A DNA stretch of 37,527 bases from Octopus sinensis (taxonomy: Eukaryota): assembly GCF_006345805.1 (NCBI RefSeq), contig NW_021835826.1, positions 1 through 37,527 of the forward strand, written 5' to 3'. Below the pieces are notes generated by a model that ran no database searches, was not told the origin of the DNA, and was given only the letters and a program-made list of their open reading frames with translations. Each line of letters begins with the position of its first letter. The stretch's first letter is position 1. Below are positions 1 through 10,879 of this stretch, one piece after another. The translations under genes and the position numbers were made by a program.

Positions 1-109
1 TAATTTTATATATTATATATTTTGTATATTATATTAATATCATTATTTTTGTTTTGGTTTATGTTTTTCACTGTTTGATTTACCTAATAGTGGTTTTATC
101 TCTAATTTA

Positions 110-200
110 ATTTATATTTATACTGTGAAATTTGATTTAATCCTAAATCTAATTTTTCCCTGTAAGTTTGGATTTACTCCCTAATATTATTATTATTATA
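110..200 (+). mobile_element. AT-rich interspersed repeat 3' end running into (TA)n; second copy at ~8405-8480
   Basis: tgtgaaatttgattta...aatttttccctgtaagtt(t/a)ggatt...ccct occurs at 124-182 and 8409-8472, each followed by (TAT)/(TA) tracts. Family not identified; resembles the other PLE-type 3' ends in the window. Confidence 0.45.
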
Positions 201-222
201 ATTATTATATATATATACATAT

Positions 223-252
223 ACAGAGAGAGAGAGAGAGAAACAGAGAGAC

Positions 253-289
<37 letters not shown>

Positions 290-290
290 A
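223..290. repeat. (GA)n microsatellite
   Basis: Directly visible. Confidence 0.95.
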
Positions 291-696
291 AGGAATACGT
301 ATATAACCGTGATATCTCGAAAATTATAATAGTTTTATTATAGAAAATGGCACAGTCGTTCCAAGCGACGAGTCAAGCCATTGATGAATTTATCTAAAGT
401 CTTTGGCCTTTGTATTCAATAATAAAATACTACACATTGTTCTTAGCCAAAGACCCGAGACAAATACTTCACGAATGAGACCATGAACACCGTCCTTTGA
501 ATATGATGGAACATTGCGGTTTATCAGTCGATATCCACCTGTACCCTAAAAATAACACATTAACTTATTAATTACAAATGGAAATTCGTATGGTCCACTG
601 ACCTGTTTTACGACAGCTCGAACAAATTAATTAAAAATGATGATTCTATGTTTGTAAAATGGTTAGAAGCATCATTTACGAAAGACTAGGAATATT

Positions 697-1230
697 AGTT
701 TCAAATTTTGGCACAAGGCCAGCAATTTTGGGAGAGGGTTAAATCGATCATATCGATCCCAACGCTCAACTTGTACTTATTTTATCGAACCCAAAAGAAT
801 GAAAGTTTCAAATTTTGGCACAAGGCCGGCAATTTTAGGAGAGGGGTAAATTGATCACATCGACCCCAACGCACAACTGGTACTTATTTTATCGAACCCG
901 AAAGAATGAAAGTTTCAAATTTTGGCACAAGGCCGGCAATTTTAGGAGAGGGCTAAATTGATCACATCGACCCCAACGCACAACTGGTACTTATTTTATC
1001 GAACCCGAAAGAATGAAAGTTTCAAATTTTGGCACAAGGCCGGCAACTTTAGGAGAGGGGTAAATTGATCATATCGACCCCAACGCTCAACTGGTACTTA
1101 TTTTATCGACCCCGAAAGAATGAAAAATGAAGTGGACATCGGCGGAATTTGGACTCAACGTAAAAACGGAACAAATGGCGCTTAACAATTGGTCCGGCGT
1201 GCTAACGATTCTGCCAGCACGACGTCTTAA
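697..1230 (-). mobile_element. tRNA-derived SINE (family A head/core, variant tail) whose 3' 107 bp is tandemly repeated 4 times
   Basis: Units start at 697, 804, 911 and 1018 (agtttcaaattttggcacaaggcc...). The last unit runs into the reverse complement of the family A head (ggcggaattt...ctgccagc). Confidence 0.85.
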
Positions 1231-1333
1231 GAACATATATTTCAGGTCTATATTTAAGAGATGAAGAATTATGTACATTATTTACATTATTTACATTCAA
1301 TAGATATTTGTCCTCATCTTGTTTGTTGCCCAC

Positions 1334-1650
1334 GAGCATATGGCGTAGTGGTTAAGAGCGCCACCACCACCACCACCACCACCACCACCACCACCACCAC
1401 CACCACCACCACTACCACCACCACTACCATCATCATCACCAACGATAGCAACACTGTCACCACCACCACTACTGTCATCATTGCAACCAACACCACCACC
1501 ACCACCATTACCATTACCACCACCATCATCATTTCCTACACTACGAGCACCACTTCTGTTACTAACGACGCCGCCACCGCGTAAGCAGTATTACCACCAC
1601 CACCACCACCACCACCACCACCACCACCCACTACCACCACCACTACTGAC
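1334..1650 (+). repeat. 28-bp SINE-like head (A-box TGGCGTAGTGG) fused to a long (ACC)n/(ACT)n microsatellite
   Basis: gagcatatggcgtagtggttaagagcgc (1334-1361) continues directly into ccaccaccacc... Confidence 0.7.
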
Positions 1651-1920
1651 ACCTCGAAAAGTGTTTTGTACGGTAATAGACATTCATTGAAAGTCAAATA
1701 CCGGTTGACAACCACCACCAACCCGAGACCCCCGCCCCCGCCTATCAAATATCTCATTGTAAAAGTAAAGAACACACATTCTTTTGTCCCGTCACGCCTC
1801 TAATCTACTTATCTCTCTCTACTCCTCATACACTTTATCCCTACTCATCTTCACATTTCACCTCCCTCCATTTTTCTCTCCCTCTTTCTCTCCCCCTTTC
1901 CCCCCTCTCTCAATATACAA

Positions 1921-2216
1921 ATGTGTGTGTGTGTGTGTGTGCGTTTATGTACATATATGTGTGTGTCTGTTTGTTTGTGTGTGTATGCGTTTACATATAG
2001 ATATAGACATATATATATATATATATATATACATATATGCATGTGTATGTATGTACGTATACTAGTTGGCTTATTTCTGGGTACGTATGTCGTACCCAAC
2101 TTGCATTCAGGCTAGGAATCTTTGCTAATGAATTATTATTAAGCTAATGAGTAAATGTTTGAGCTAGTATGTTATGCGTGAATATGTATGCATGTATACA
2201 TACATACATATATATC

Positions 2217-2247
<31 letters not shown>

Positions 2248-2427
2248 TATATAAAAATATAATATATATGTATATTTATATTTATATATATGTATATATA
2301 TATATATACATATATCTATATATATATATATATATATATATATAATGTATATATATATGTATATATATATACATATATATTACATAAATATATATATATA
2401 TATTTATATATTTATATATATATATAT

Positions 2428-2479
<52 letters not shown>

Positions 2480-2540
2480 ATATACTATATATATATATAT
2501 ATATATATTATCTGTATATATATATGTATATATATATTCA
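1921..2540. repeat. (TG)n and (TA)n microsatellite field
   Basis: Directly visible. Confidence 0.95.
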
Positions 2541-2890
2541 CTTCTATCTTCGATACGCCAGTCTTCATACACTACGTAATCTATTGATTTATTTCAGTAG
2601 ACGCATAGTGACCTCTCGGGTTTTTATGGGGTGTTCACTCACCAAACCTCTTAATAGGCTCCGAGTCACCGAAGATGCAAAGGGGGGCAGTATATTCCAA
2701 CACCGAAGCTCCAGAGAGGGTCTCTAGGTGGCTTTTGGATAAAGGGGACAGGCTGGGGCTTCGCGACTCTTGAGCAGCAGGACCTTAACGATGTTCCGTT
2801 GGATCAAAAGGACGAACGGGTTTGATGCTTTTGGCGATGCGTGGTCAGTGAAGCTGCATGGATCTTACTGGGTATACGAGTAAGTCTTTC
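2541..2890. other. Unclassified GC-richer island between (TA)n tracts, probably a retroelement fragment
   Basis: Complex sequence bounded by TA repeats like the other insertions here. No convincing ORF and only a very degenerate HHR-like motif. Confidence 0.3.
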
Positions 2891-3038
2891 AGCATCTATA
2901 TATATATATCGTGTGTAGGCGCGCATGCGCGTATATCTTTTATCTTTCACTTGGTTCAGTCATTAGACTGCGGCCATGCTAGAGCGTACGTGCATGTGTG
3001 TGTTCGTGAGTATGTATACCGTGTCTGTATTTATATGT

Positions 3039-3253
3039 TTCTTTATTACCCACAAGGGGCTAAACACAGAGTGGACAAATAAGGACAGACAAACGGATTA
3101 AGTCGATTATATCGACCCCAGTGCGTAACTGGTACTTAATTTATCGAAAGGCAAAGTCGACCTCGGCGGAATTTGAACTCAGAACGTAACGGCAGACGAA
3201 ATACGGCTACGCATTTCGCCGGCGTGCTAATGTTTCTGCCAGATCACCGCCTT
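3039..3253 (-). mobile_element. SINE family A with 20-bp target-site duplication
   Basis: Reverse complement of ggcggtgatctggcagaaac...gagttcaaattccgccgaggtcgac... TSD ccgtgtctgtatttatatgt at 3019-3038 and 3254-3273. Confidence 0.92.
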
Positions 3254-4174
3254 CCGTGTCTGTATTTATATGTATGTATTATATATGTGCATATATCTAT
3301 CTTTTGCAAATGTAAATTGATTTTAAATATATGCGCAGCCGCATTGGCATACATGAACATCCTTATACACAAGCACAAATATATACCCATATTCAAATCT
3401 GCATACAAACGCACGCAAACACACGTACATACACACACAGAGACACAGAATGTTAAGTATCGCAACTAAATATTCATGTCGAAAATGTGAAATGTCATAT
3501 ATCGCGATGGCATACTTTGTGTCGCTCTACCGACTCTACTACGCACTTCGGTAATATCATCTTTGCGCAAGTTTACACTTGTTGAATGGAGTGAATAATC
3601 AAGACAAAATTCCGTCTTACCTTAACGTTTCAAGGCACTATTTTATCATCATCGCGGAAGGATAAAAGAACAAATCGTCCACGGCGGGGAAATTGAACAC
3701 AGGATGTTATAAGAGAGAAATTTGAAGGGAAGGGAGTAGTAAATGCGACATACACACCAATTATTTTACTGTGCTCACTCCTCGATACTTTCTTATATTT
3801 AACATCGGTCAATCAGTCAGTCACCTTCGACACGGATTTGAACGCGGAACGTAAAGGGAGGTAACTCGATTGCACTGGATATATTTTGTCGGTCGCTTTA
3901 CTGGTTCCACCAGCAGCGATTTTACGATTTTACGATTTTAGCGATTATAATTCACTTTTGGGGTTGTTCGCGTTCGTGTTTTAGTTATTTTATTTTATAT
4001 AATTATTAATTTTTTTTTTGTTGTTATCGTTGTTGTTGCTGTTATTGGTTTTTTACCTTTTGGAATATGGAGTGTTTTACCTGCGGAAATTTCCTGAGGA
4101 GAGTAAAGGTAAGAAGATGACGTTTCATTATTCACAAACTCTGTGTGACGTCATACGTACATATGTTTATATAT

Positions 4175-4341
4175 GCATATTCTGTTGTGTCTGGGGAGAG
4201 TCATTTTCTTTTTGTGCCTTATTATTTAACACACTCACCGGTAAAATTTTCACTTTTTTCTCATTTTTATTGTCCTAAAATCTTTGTTGCGTCTTGCAAC
4301 CTTTTCAATAGTTTTGACTCCCCAGACACAACAGAATATGC
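4175..4341. mobile_element. MITE (~167 bp) with ~27-bp terminal inverted repeats
   Basis: gcatattctgttgtgtctgggg(ag)agtca (4175-4203) pairs with tgactccccagacacaacagaatatgc (4315-4341). TA-containing ends suggest a Tc1/mariner type. Confidence 0.75.
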
Positions 4342-4774
4342 TTCAACACACGAACTCATATAAAGAATCTTGCAAACCAAATCCCAAAACGAAATATATA
4401 TGCATATATAAATATAATGGCGGTGCCCCAGCATGGCCACAACTCGTGAGCTGAAACTAGATAAAATAAATATAAAATAAATAAATATATATGCTTGTAT
4501 ACTTATATTTATAGATATGTGGGCGGATGTGTGAATGTAAACAATATGCATACGTACATATATTTGGAAGTATATTTACATATATATAAGCATGTGTGTG
4601 TATGTGTGTGCGTGCGTGTGCGTGTGTTCTCGTGTGAAAGCAGTTATGTGTATGTATATCTAGAGCTCGGCTATACATTTGTTTAGTAAAAGTTACAAGG
4701 GTACACAGTGCACACCTGTATACATACACCTGTATACACCTGTATACATAGTTATATACACCTCCATTCGCACG

Positions 4775-4810
<36 letters not shown>

Positions 4811-4900
4811 TATCTATGTACACACGCTTACATACATATGAATATTTATGTACCAATCATATACATATAACTGTATATATATATATAATATTATATATAT

Positions 4901-4947
<47 letters not shown>

Positions 4948-5108
4948 CCGGAGTAAACACTTTAAATGTGAAACAAGGTGGAAAAAAGAGTACTCAAATA
5001 CAAGTGGTAGAGTAATATGCTTTATTTAAAGCAGCAGAAATTCAACAAAACCTGTTACTCTGAGTTTCACGTTGCCGTTCGTCGAACGGCAACGTGAAAC
5101 TCAGAGTA
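4948..5108 (-). mobile_element. Penelope-like pLTR 3' end with hammerhead motif, 5'-truncated by a perfect 26-bp fold-back
   Basis: Minus strand reads (t)cgacga-ACG gcaa CGT-GAAA-CTC a GAG-T-A-acagg (HHR stems II and III). Palindrome arms 5056-5081 and 5083-5108. Tail ends in (TA)n at ~4947. Confidence 0.75.
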
Positions 5109-5304
5109 TATGTATGTATATATTTAAAAAATCCGTAGATTAAAACTTTTTTTACATACAAAATTTAGAGGAATGTATATAAATTTTTTTTTTAATCTTC
5201 GGAATTTTTAAAAAATATGCTAGGCCACTGGTTTTAATTGATTAACATCAATCTCTACACTTATTTAATTATATATATCATATATATATAGATCATATAT
5301 AGAT

Positions 5305-5337
<33 letters not shown>

Positions 5338-5421
5338 TTTTACAGATGAAATTTTCTCTATATATAGAACACTGTATATTTGAGCCATAGGAGAATAAGA
5401 AAAATAAGGATGAGAGATATT

Positions 5422-5428
5422 GTGTGTA

Positions 5429-5510
<82 letters not shown>

Positions 5511-5900
5511 GGGATATGTTGTATAGAAATGTATCTTAGAAAGGATGTCCTTTCGGCTTCAACCGACTTCAACAATATTCACTCTATAAAACTCTCTTCT
5601 ATTGAATTACTTGACGTCACACTCTACTATTTGTTTTAGCAACCACCGAGTCTATGCTCTTCACTCTATATGTTTGCCTATCTGTCTGTTTGTCAGTGTG
5701 TGTATGTGTGTGTGTGTGCGTCTGTCTGTATGTCTGTCTGTCTGTCTGTCTGTCTGCCTGTCCTTGTCTCCTTTCTATCTGTCTATCACTGTCTTTTTGT
5801 CTCTGTCATTCGCTCTTTCATTGCCTGTCTTTCATTGCTTAATTAGTCTGCTCGTCTATCTGCTTGCCTGTCTGTCTGTCTGTCTGTCAGCTTATCTGTC
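5422..5900. repeat. (TG)n and (TCTG)n microsatellites
   Basis: Directly visible. Confidence 0.9.
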
Positions 5901-6039
5901 TGTCTTTTTGCCTCCGTTTGTCAGTGTTTGTATTTGTGTGTGTGAGTTGTGTGTCAGTGTGTCTGTGCATGTCTTCTTTCTATCAATGTTTATCACTGTC
6001 TTTTTGCCCCTCTGTCATTCGGCCTTTCGATTAGCTATG

Positions 6040-6905
6040 TCCTTGAGCAAGAAACTTTATTTCATGCTGCTCTAGTTCATTCGGTCATCAAGAATCAGTT
6101 ATACCTCTAATTCAAAGGGCCAACAATTTCACATTTTGTGTCATAAGGCGGCGAGCTGGCAGAAACGTTAGAACGCCGGGCGAAATGCTTAGCGGTATTT
6201 CGTCTGCCGTTACGTTCTGAGTTCAAATTCCGCCGAGGTCGACTTTACCTTTCATCCTTTCGGGGTCGATAAATTAAGTGCCAGTTACGCACTGGCGTCG
6301 ATATAATCGACTTAATCCCTTTGTCTGTTCTTGTTTGTCCTCTCTGTGTTTAGCCCCTTGTGGGTAGTAAAGAAATAGAAATAGGTATTTCGTCTGCCGT
6401 TGCATTCTGAGTTCAAATTCCGCCGTGGTCAACTTTGCCTTCCATCCTTTCGGGGTCGATAAATTAAGTACCAGCTACGTACTGGGGTCGATGTAATCGA
6501 CTTAATCCGTGTGTCTGTCCTTGTTTGTCCTCTCTGTGTTTAGCCCCTAGTGGATAGTAAAGAAATAGGTATTTCGTCTGCCGTTACGGTCTGAGTTCAA
6601 ATTCCGCCGATATCGACTTTGCCTTTCATCCTTTCGGGATCGTTAAATTAAGTACCAGTTACGCACTGGGGTCGATATAATCGACTTAATCCCTTTCTCT
6701 GTCCCTGACCTTGTTTGTTCCCTCTATGTTTAGCCCCTTGTGGGCAATAAAGAAATAAAATTTTGTGTCACGCTGAATCTCCCTGAGAACTACACTAAGG
6801 GTACACGTGTCTGTGGACTACTCAACCATTTGTACATTAATTGAAGATCCGGGTGTTTCGTTGATCCGACCAACTGGAACTCTCATCGTCGTAACCCATG
6901 GCGTA
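6040..6905 (+). mobile_element. Old chimeric SINE (family D-like core plus family B1 tail) interrupted at 6144-6759
   Basis: ccttgagcaagaaactttatttcatgctgctctagttca matches the D core. ttcaaagggcc...tgtgtca|cgctgaatctccc...tcgtcgtaacc matches the B1 tail seen intact at 32310-32480. Confidence 0.7.
6144..6759 (+). mobile_element. Head-to-tail trimer of SINE family A flanked by a single 11-bp TSD
   Basis: Full monomer 6144-~6384, then two monomers starting at gtatttcgtctgcc (6385 and 6569). TSD attttgtgtca at 6133-6143 and 6760-6770. Confidence 0.92.
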
Positions 6906-7081
6906 ACAGTTTTATCCTTATGTTCTTTAGCCTCTCTGTTCCTCTGACTGTCTGTCTTTCCCTCTATCCTTATGTAACTCTATGCGTCAGCATCTCTGTC
7001 AGTCCTTCCGCCTCTATGCCATTCTACCTTTCAGTTACTCTATACGTTTGATTCTCTGTCTGCCGCACTCTCATATATTGA

Positions 7082-7418
7082 GAGCCCCTTCGGTCATGCC
7101 TGACCGTGGGATTGCACCTAGAAAGTTACCCTCCCAGGCACAAGTCTGGGCAAGGTTGTTTATGGAAGTCCAGAAGTCGCCTATGCATAGCGACCTCGCC
7201 TCTCCACGCCACCAGTGTTATCCAAGGGAAAGCAAAGGGGCCGATACAGCTTGGCACCCGTGACCTTGCAACTCATTTCTACAGCTGAGTGAACTGGAGC
7301 AACGTGAAATAAAATGTTTTGCTCAAAAACAAAACACGTTGCCCGGTTCGGGGGAATCGAACTCACAACCTCACGATCGTAAACTCGACGCTCTAACCAC
7401 TGAGCCATGCGCCTTCAC
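7082..7418 (-). mobile_element. SINE family D, full length
   Basis: Reverse complement of gtgaaggcgcatggctcagtggttagagcg...gttcgattcc (A and B boxes); colinear with 31043-31377. Confidence 0.92.
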
Positions 7419-7667
7419 AACATCGTGCTATATATATGTCACATATAGTACTTATCTCCACTGTTCGCTATACCCATATACTGTAGCCAGAAATTTTTGT
7501 TTTCAAGATTATTGAATGCCACCTCTATTAGAACATGTAAACATGAATATCTAGGCTAGTGAAAACAAGGCTGTCTACTTTTAACCTCATTTTATTACTA
7601 TTTTCAACATATTTAAGTAAGATATGGTATTTACCGATTTTATTTAAGACTAAATTACATTATCCCT

Positions 7668-7805
7668 CTACAGCTGAGTGAACTGGAGCAACGTGAAATA
7701 AAGTGTCTTGCTCAAGAACACAACACGCATCCCGGTCCGGGATTCGAACTCACAACCTCACGATCGTAAGCTCGACATTCTAACCACTGAGCCATGCGCC
7801 TTCAC
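7668..7805 (-). mobile_element. SINE family D, 5' half
   Basis: tRNA-like head and core up to cagctgtagag. Confidence 0.88.
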
Positions 7806-8109
7806 ATATTACTCTGTATGTCCGTATGTTCGTTATCTATAACAGATCTGTTCTTAGGTTAATTACTAATAGATTTCAGCTGCGTAAAAACAACATTGAA
7901 CTAAGTGTGAATACTTTTTAAGAGATTACCAAACATCTAATTAGAAGTATTTCTAGGGTGAGGAGAGGGTATCATTTGCTCAACGACTAATATTATTTTG
8001 ATTAATTCAGTAAGTGGATCAGGCAAATATATCTCCTTATATATGTGTGTGTATACATATATACATACATAATACATATATCTAAGAGAACAGAGTTGTA
8101 CGTACGTCG

Positions 8110-8122
8110 CCAAATATATATA

Positions 8123-8182
<60 letters not shown>

Positions 8183-8185
8183 GAT

Positions 8186-8230
<45 letters not shown>
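8110..8230. repeat. (TA)n-(GATA)n compound microsatellite
   Basis: Directly visible. Confidence 0.95.
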
Positions 8231-8248
<18 letters not shown>

Positions 8249-8513
8249 TAGAAAAAAAACACCTTTTATCAATTCAAAATTAACAATTAAATTACACCAT
8301 CTAGAAAATACATAAAATAGAAATATTAAATCTAATATAACAAGAATATACCGATGATTAAGTAAATTGCAAAAAAAATAATAAAAATGTATATAATATA
8401 TTATATTGTGTGAAATTTGATTTAGTATTTCTAAATTGAATTTTTCCCTGTAAGTTAGGATTAATATTCCCTCAAATAATTATAATGATATATATATATA
8501 TATTATATATATA

Positions 8514-9123
8514 TAAAACATTATGGTGAATTGAAGAATGGAGCTGAACGCAGATTGAACAGAAATCGTTTATTTTCCATTCTAACGTGTTTCGAAAGGC
8601 ACAAATTACCAAAATCCGATTGAATAATGGGACCATATTGTGTCTTTTCTCTTCAGGGAAGAAAAAGAAATCCGTTGGAAAAAACAAAACAAAACAGAGG
8701 CAGAGCAAAAACAATCGAACTGTGCTCCTAAGAGCCCATGGCGAATCGCGTGGGCTCTTAGGGTAGCACAGACGATTGTTTGTTTGCGTCTGCGCTGTTC
8801 TGTTTTTGTTTTTCCAACGGATTTCCTTTTTTCTTCCTGAGAGAAAGACACAATATGGTCCCATTTTCAATCGGATTTTGGTAATTGGTGCCTTTCGAAA
8901 CACGTGTAGAATGAAATAAAACGATTTTCTGTTCAATCTGCGTTCAGCTCCATTTCTTCAATTCACCAATAATGTTTTAATTTCAATTATCCCACCAACG
9001 CACGGTTGCAACGCCAGATGGTTGTAACCTCCAACCGTGCTGTTTACTGCTGTGATTTTTGCTACTAAGGTATCGGTTAAACTTTTGATTAATCTACTAC
9101 AGATTATTCAGCTTTCTATTCAC

Positions 9124-9124
<1 letters not shown>
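8514..9124 (+). mobile_element. Penelope-like pLTR cassette: ~225-bp-arm palindrome (8514-8979, centre ~8745) plus unique tail ending in (TA)n
   Basis: Arms are reverse complements with several indels. Each arm carries an HHR motif, and both outer ends abut (TA)n. Confidence 0.75.
8830..8916 (+). ncRNA. Type I hammerhead ribozyme motif with long stem II and palindromic stem III (one core base missing in this copy)
   Basis: tttcttc-CTGA-GA-GAAAGACACAAT...ATTGGTGCCTTTC-GAAA-CACGTG-T-A-gaa(t)gaaa. The mirror copy (minus, 8656-8581) has intact CTGAAGA but lacks one stem III G. Predicted cleavage after GUA at 8908. Confidence 0.7.
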
Positions 9125-9180
<56 letters not shown>

Positions 9181-9182
<2 letters not shown>

Positions 9183-9280
9183 ATACAAAATGGGACAAGA
9201 ACGCAAAACATCTGGACGACTAGGAGAGACAAAAAGGGACAACAAAACAAAACATCCAGATAGAGGATACAAAAAAAACA
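9181..9280 (-). mobile_element. Retroelement (PLE-like) 3' end, related to 33218-33505
   Basis: taatacaaaatgggacaagaac...aaaagggacaacaaaa...atccaga matches the reverse complement of 33420-33506 and abuts (TA)n. Confidence 0.6.
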
Positions 9281-9817
9281 ATATATGTATGTGAGTGCTT
9301 CTGTGTGCGTGTGTGTGTGTGTGTGTGCGGTGTGTGCGCGCGTATGTGTGTGTATCGTCAGTACATTATAAATCTGAAAGAGAAGTACACTCTAAGTTAT
9401 AGAGCAGTAGAATTAGATAAAGATAGTCGTGGCCGGTCTATGGGGTTACCCAGAGTTTCACGTCCATAATGCGCTTAGCTTTACAACGTCTCTCGAGACT
9501 CTAAATGCCTGGTGGTCTATATCCTCTCTTCAAAGTGGAGGAAGAAAAGTCCTTGTGGCTAGTTGCTTAACACACAGATAAAAGAAAAAGGTTAAGCGCC
9601 AGGGATTATAAGTATATATATATATATATATATTTTGATTTGAAAACCCCACTAGAATGGGAGAAAGCGCTAATGATCTGAATGATATGATATATATATG
9701 TAAAAAATGTAATATATAAATAAATATCTGTAAATATGAACCATCCGATCTTCTGATTACCTCATTTCTTCTAATATATATATATATATACATACATACA
9801 TGTATACATACAGATCA

Positions 9818-9948
9818 GGATTCCTCACAGTTTCTGTCCACTCACAAGTGTCGGCGTTATAGTAGAAGATACTCACCCAATTTGCGGCGTAGGGGGATTG
9901 AACCCGAAACCACCTGGTTGCAAAGCGAGCTACTTAATCACATAGGCT
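9818..9948 (-). mobile_element. Diverged SINE family C fragment
   Basis: tatagtagaagatact...gaacccgaaaccacctggttg...ctacttaatcacataggc. Confidence 0.7.
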
Positions 9949-10029
9949 TGAGACTAAAACAATTATCCATATCCTACCAAACCTGTTATAATATCGAAAA
10001 TATGAGCAGTTATACAACTGGTGCGGTTC

Positions 10030-10494
10030 TCAAGCGATGTTGGGGGTACAAACACAGATACACAAACATATACATACACACACATACATATATATATATA
10101 CGACGGGCTTCTTTCAGTTTCCGTCTCCCAATTCTACTCACTAGGCTTTGGTCGGCACGGGGCTATAGTAGAAGACACTTTACAAAGGGACTGAACCCGG
10201 AACCATGTGGCTGGTAAGCCAGGTAGTTACCTATTTCTTTATTACCCACAAGGGACTAAACATAGAGGGGACAAGCAAGGACAGACAAACGGATTAAGTC
10301 GATTACATCGATCTCAGTGCGTAACTGGTACTTAATTTATCGACCCCGAAAGGATGAAAGGCAAAGTCAACCTCGGCGGAATTTGAACTCACAACGTAAC
10401 GACAAGCGAAATACCGTTAAGCATTTCGCCGGGCGTGCTAACGTTTCTGCCAGCTCTCCGCCTTGTAGTTACCACACAGCCACTCCTGCGCCGA
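10030..10494 (-). mobile_element. SINE family C interrupted by a family A SINE
   Basis: Family C body on both sides of 10232-10464; head ends at cactcctgcgcc. Confidence 0.88.
10232..10464 (-). mobile_element. SINE family A nested in family C, 9-bp TSD
   Basis: TSD gtagttacc at 10223-10231 and 10465-10473. Confidence 0.92.
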
Positions 10495-10879
10495 TATGTA
10501 ATAGTACACGAATTCTCAATGTTCATTGAATTGAAAAAATATTTTAATACTATATCTGTCATTCTCGGGTTGAAAATGAAAAACGAATAAATACGCAAAA
10601 ATACAGAAATTCAAAATTTGAATTGGAAGAACCACGTTTCTTTCTAGATAAAAAGATGTCATCCATTTATGCTTGTTCACAAATGGTAAGAAGGAATAAA
10701 TAAATAAATAAATAAAAAATAATAAATAAATAAATAAATAAATAAAAATGGAAGAAAAGAATCTAACTGAAAACAAGAAACAGAACATTTCGTTAAAACG
10801 TTTGGAGTAAATCCGATGAAATTCTTCTGTCATTTTATTCATTCCTCGAAACCGTGACGCTAGTAACACACAAATATAT

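Noticed and set aside
697-1124. CRISPR-like array (also 23761-24190 and 35513-36287)
   Set aside because: Whole units are repeated with no unique spacers, in a eukaryotic repeat context with no cas genes.
2664-2730. Degenerate HHR-like CCGAAGA...GAAGCTCCAGAG
   Set aside because: Three core positions deviate and stem II cannot be drawn convincingly.
2598-2879. Putative exon between tttcag (2597) and gtaagt (2880)
   Set aside because: All three frames contain stops and there is no recognisable protein.
3610-4095. Isolated splice-donor-like motifs (minus ~3620; aag|gtaaga ~4090; also aag|gtgagt ~16243)
   Set aside because: No matching acceptor with an open, recognisable reading frame; expected by chance.
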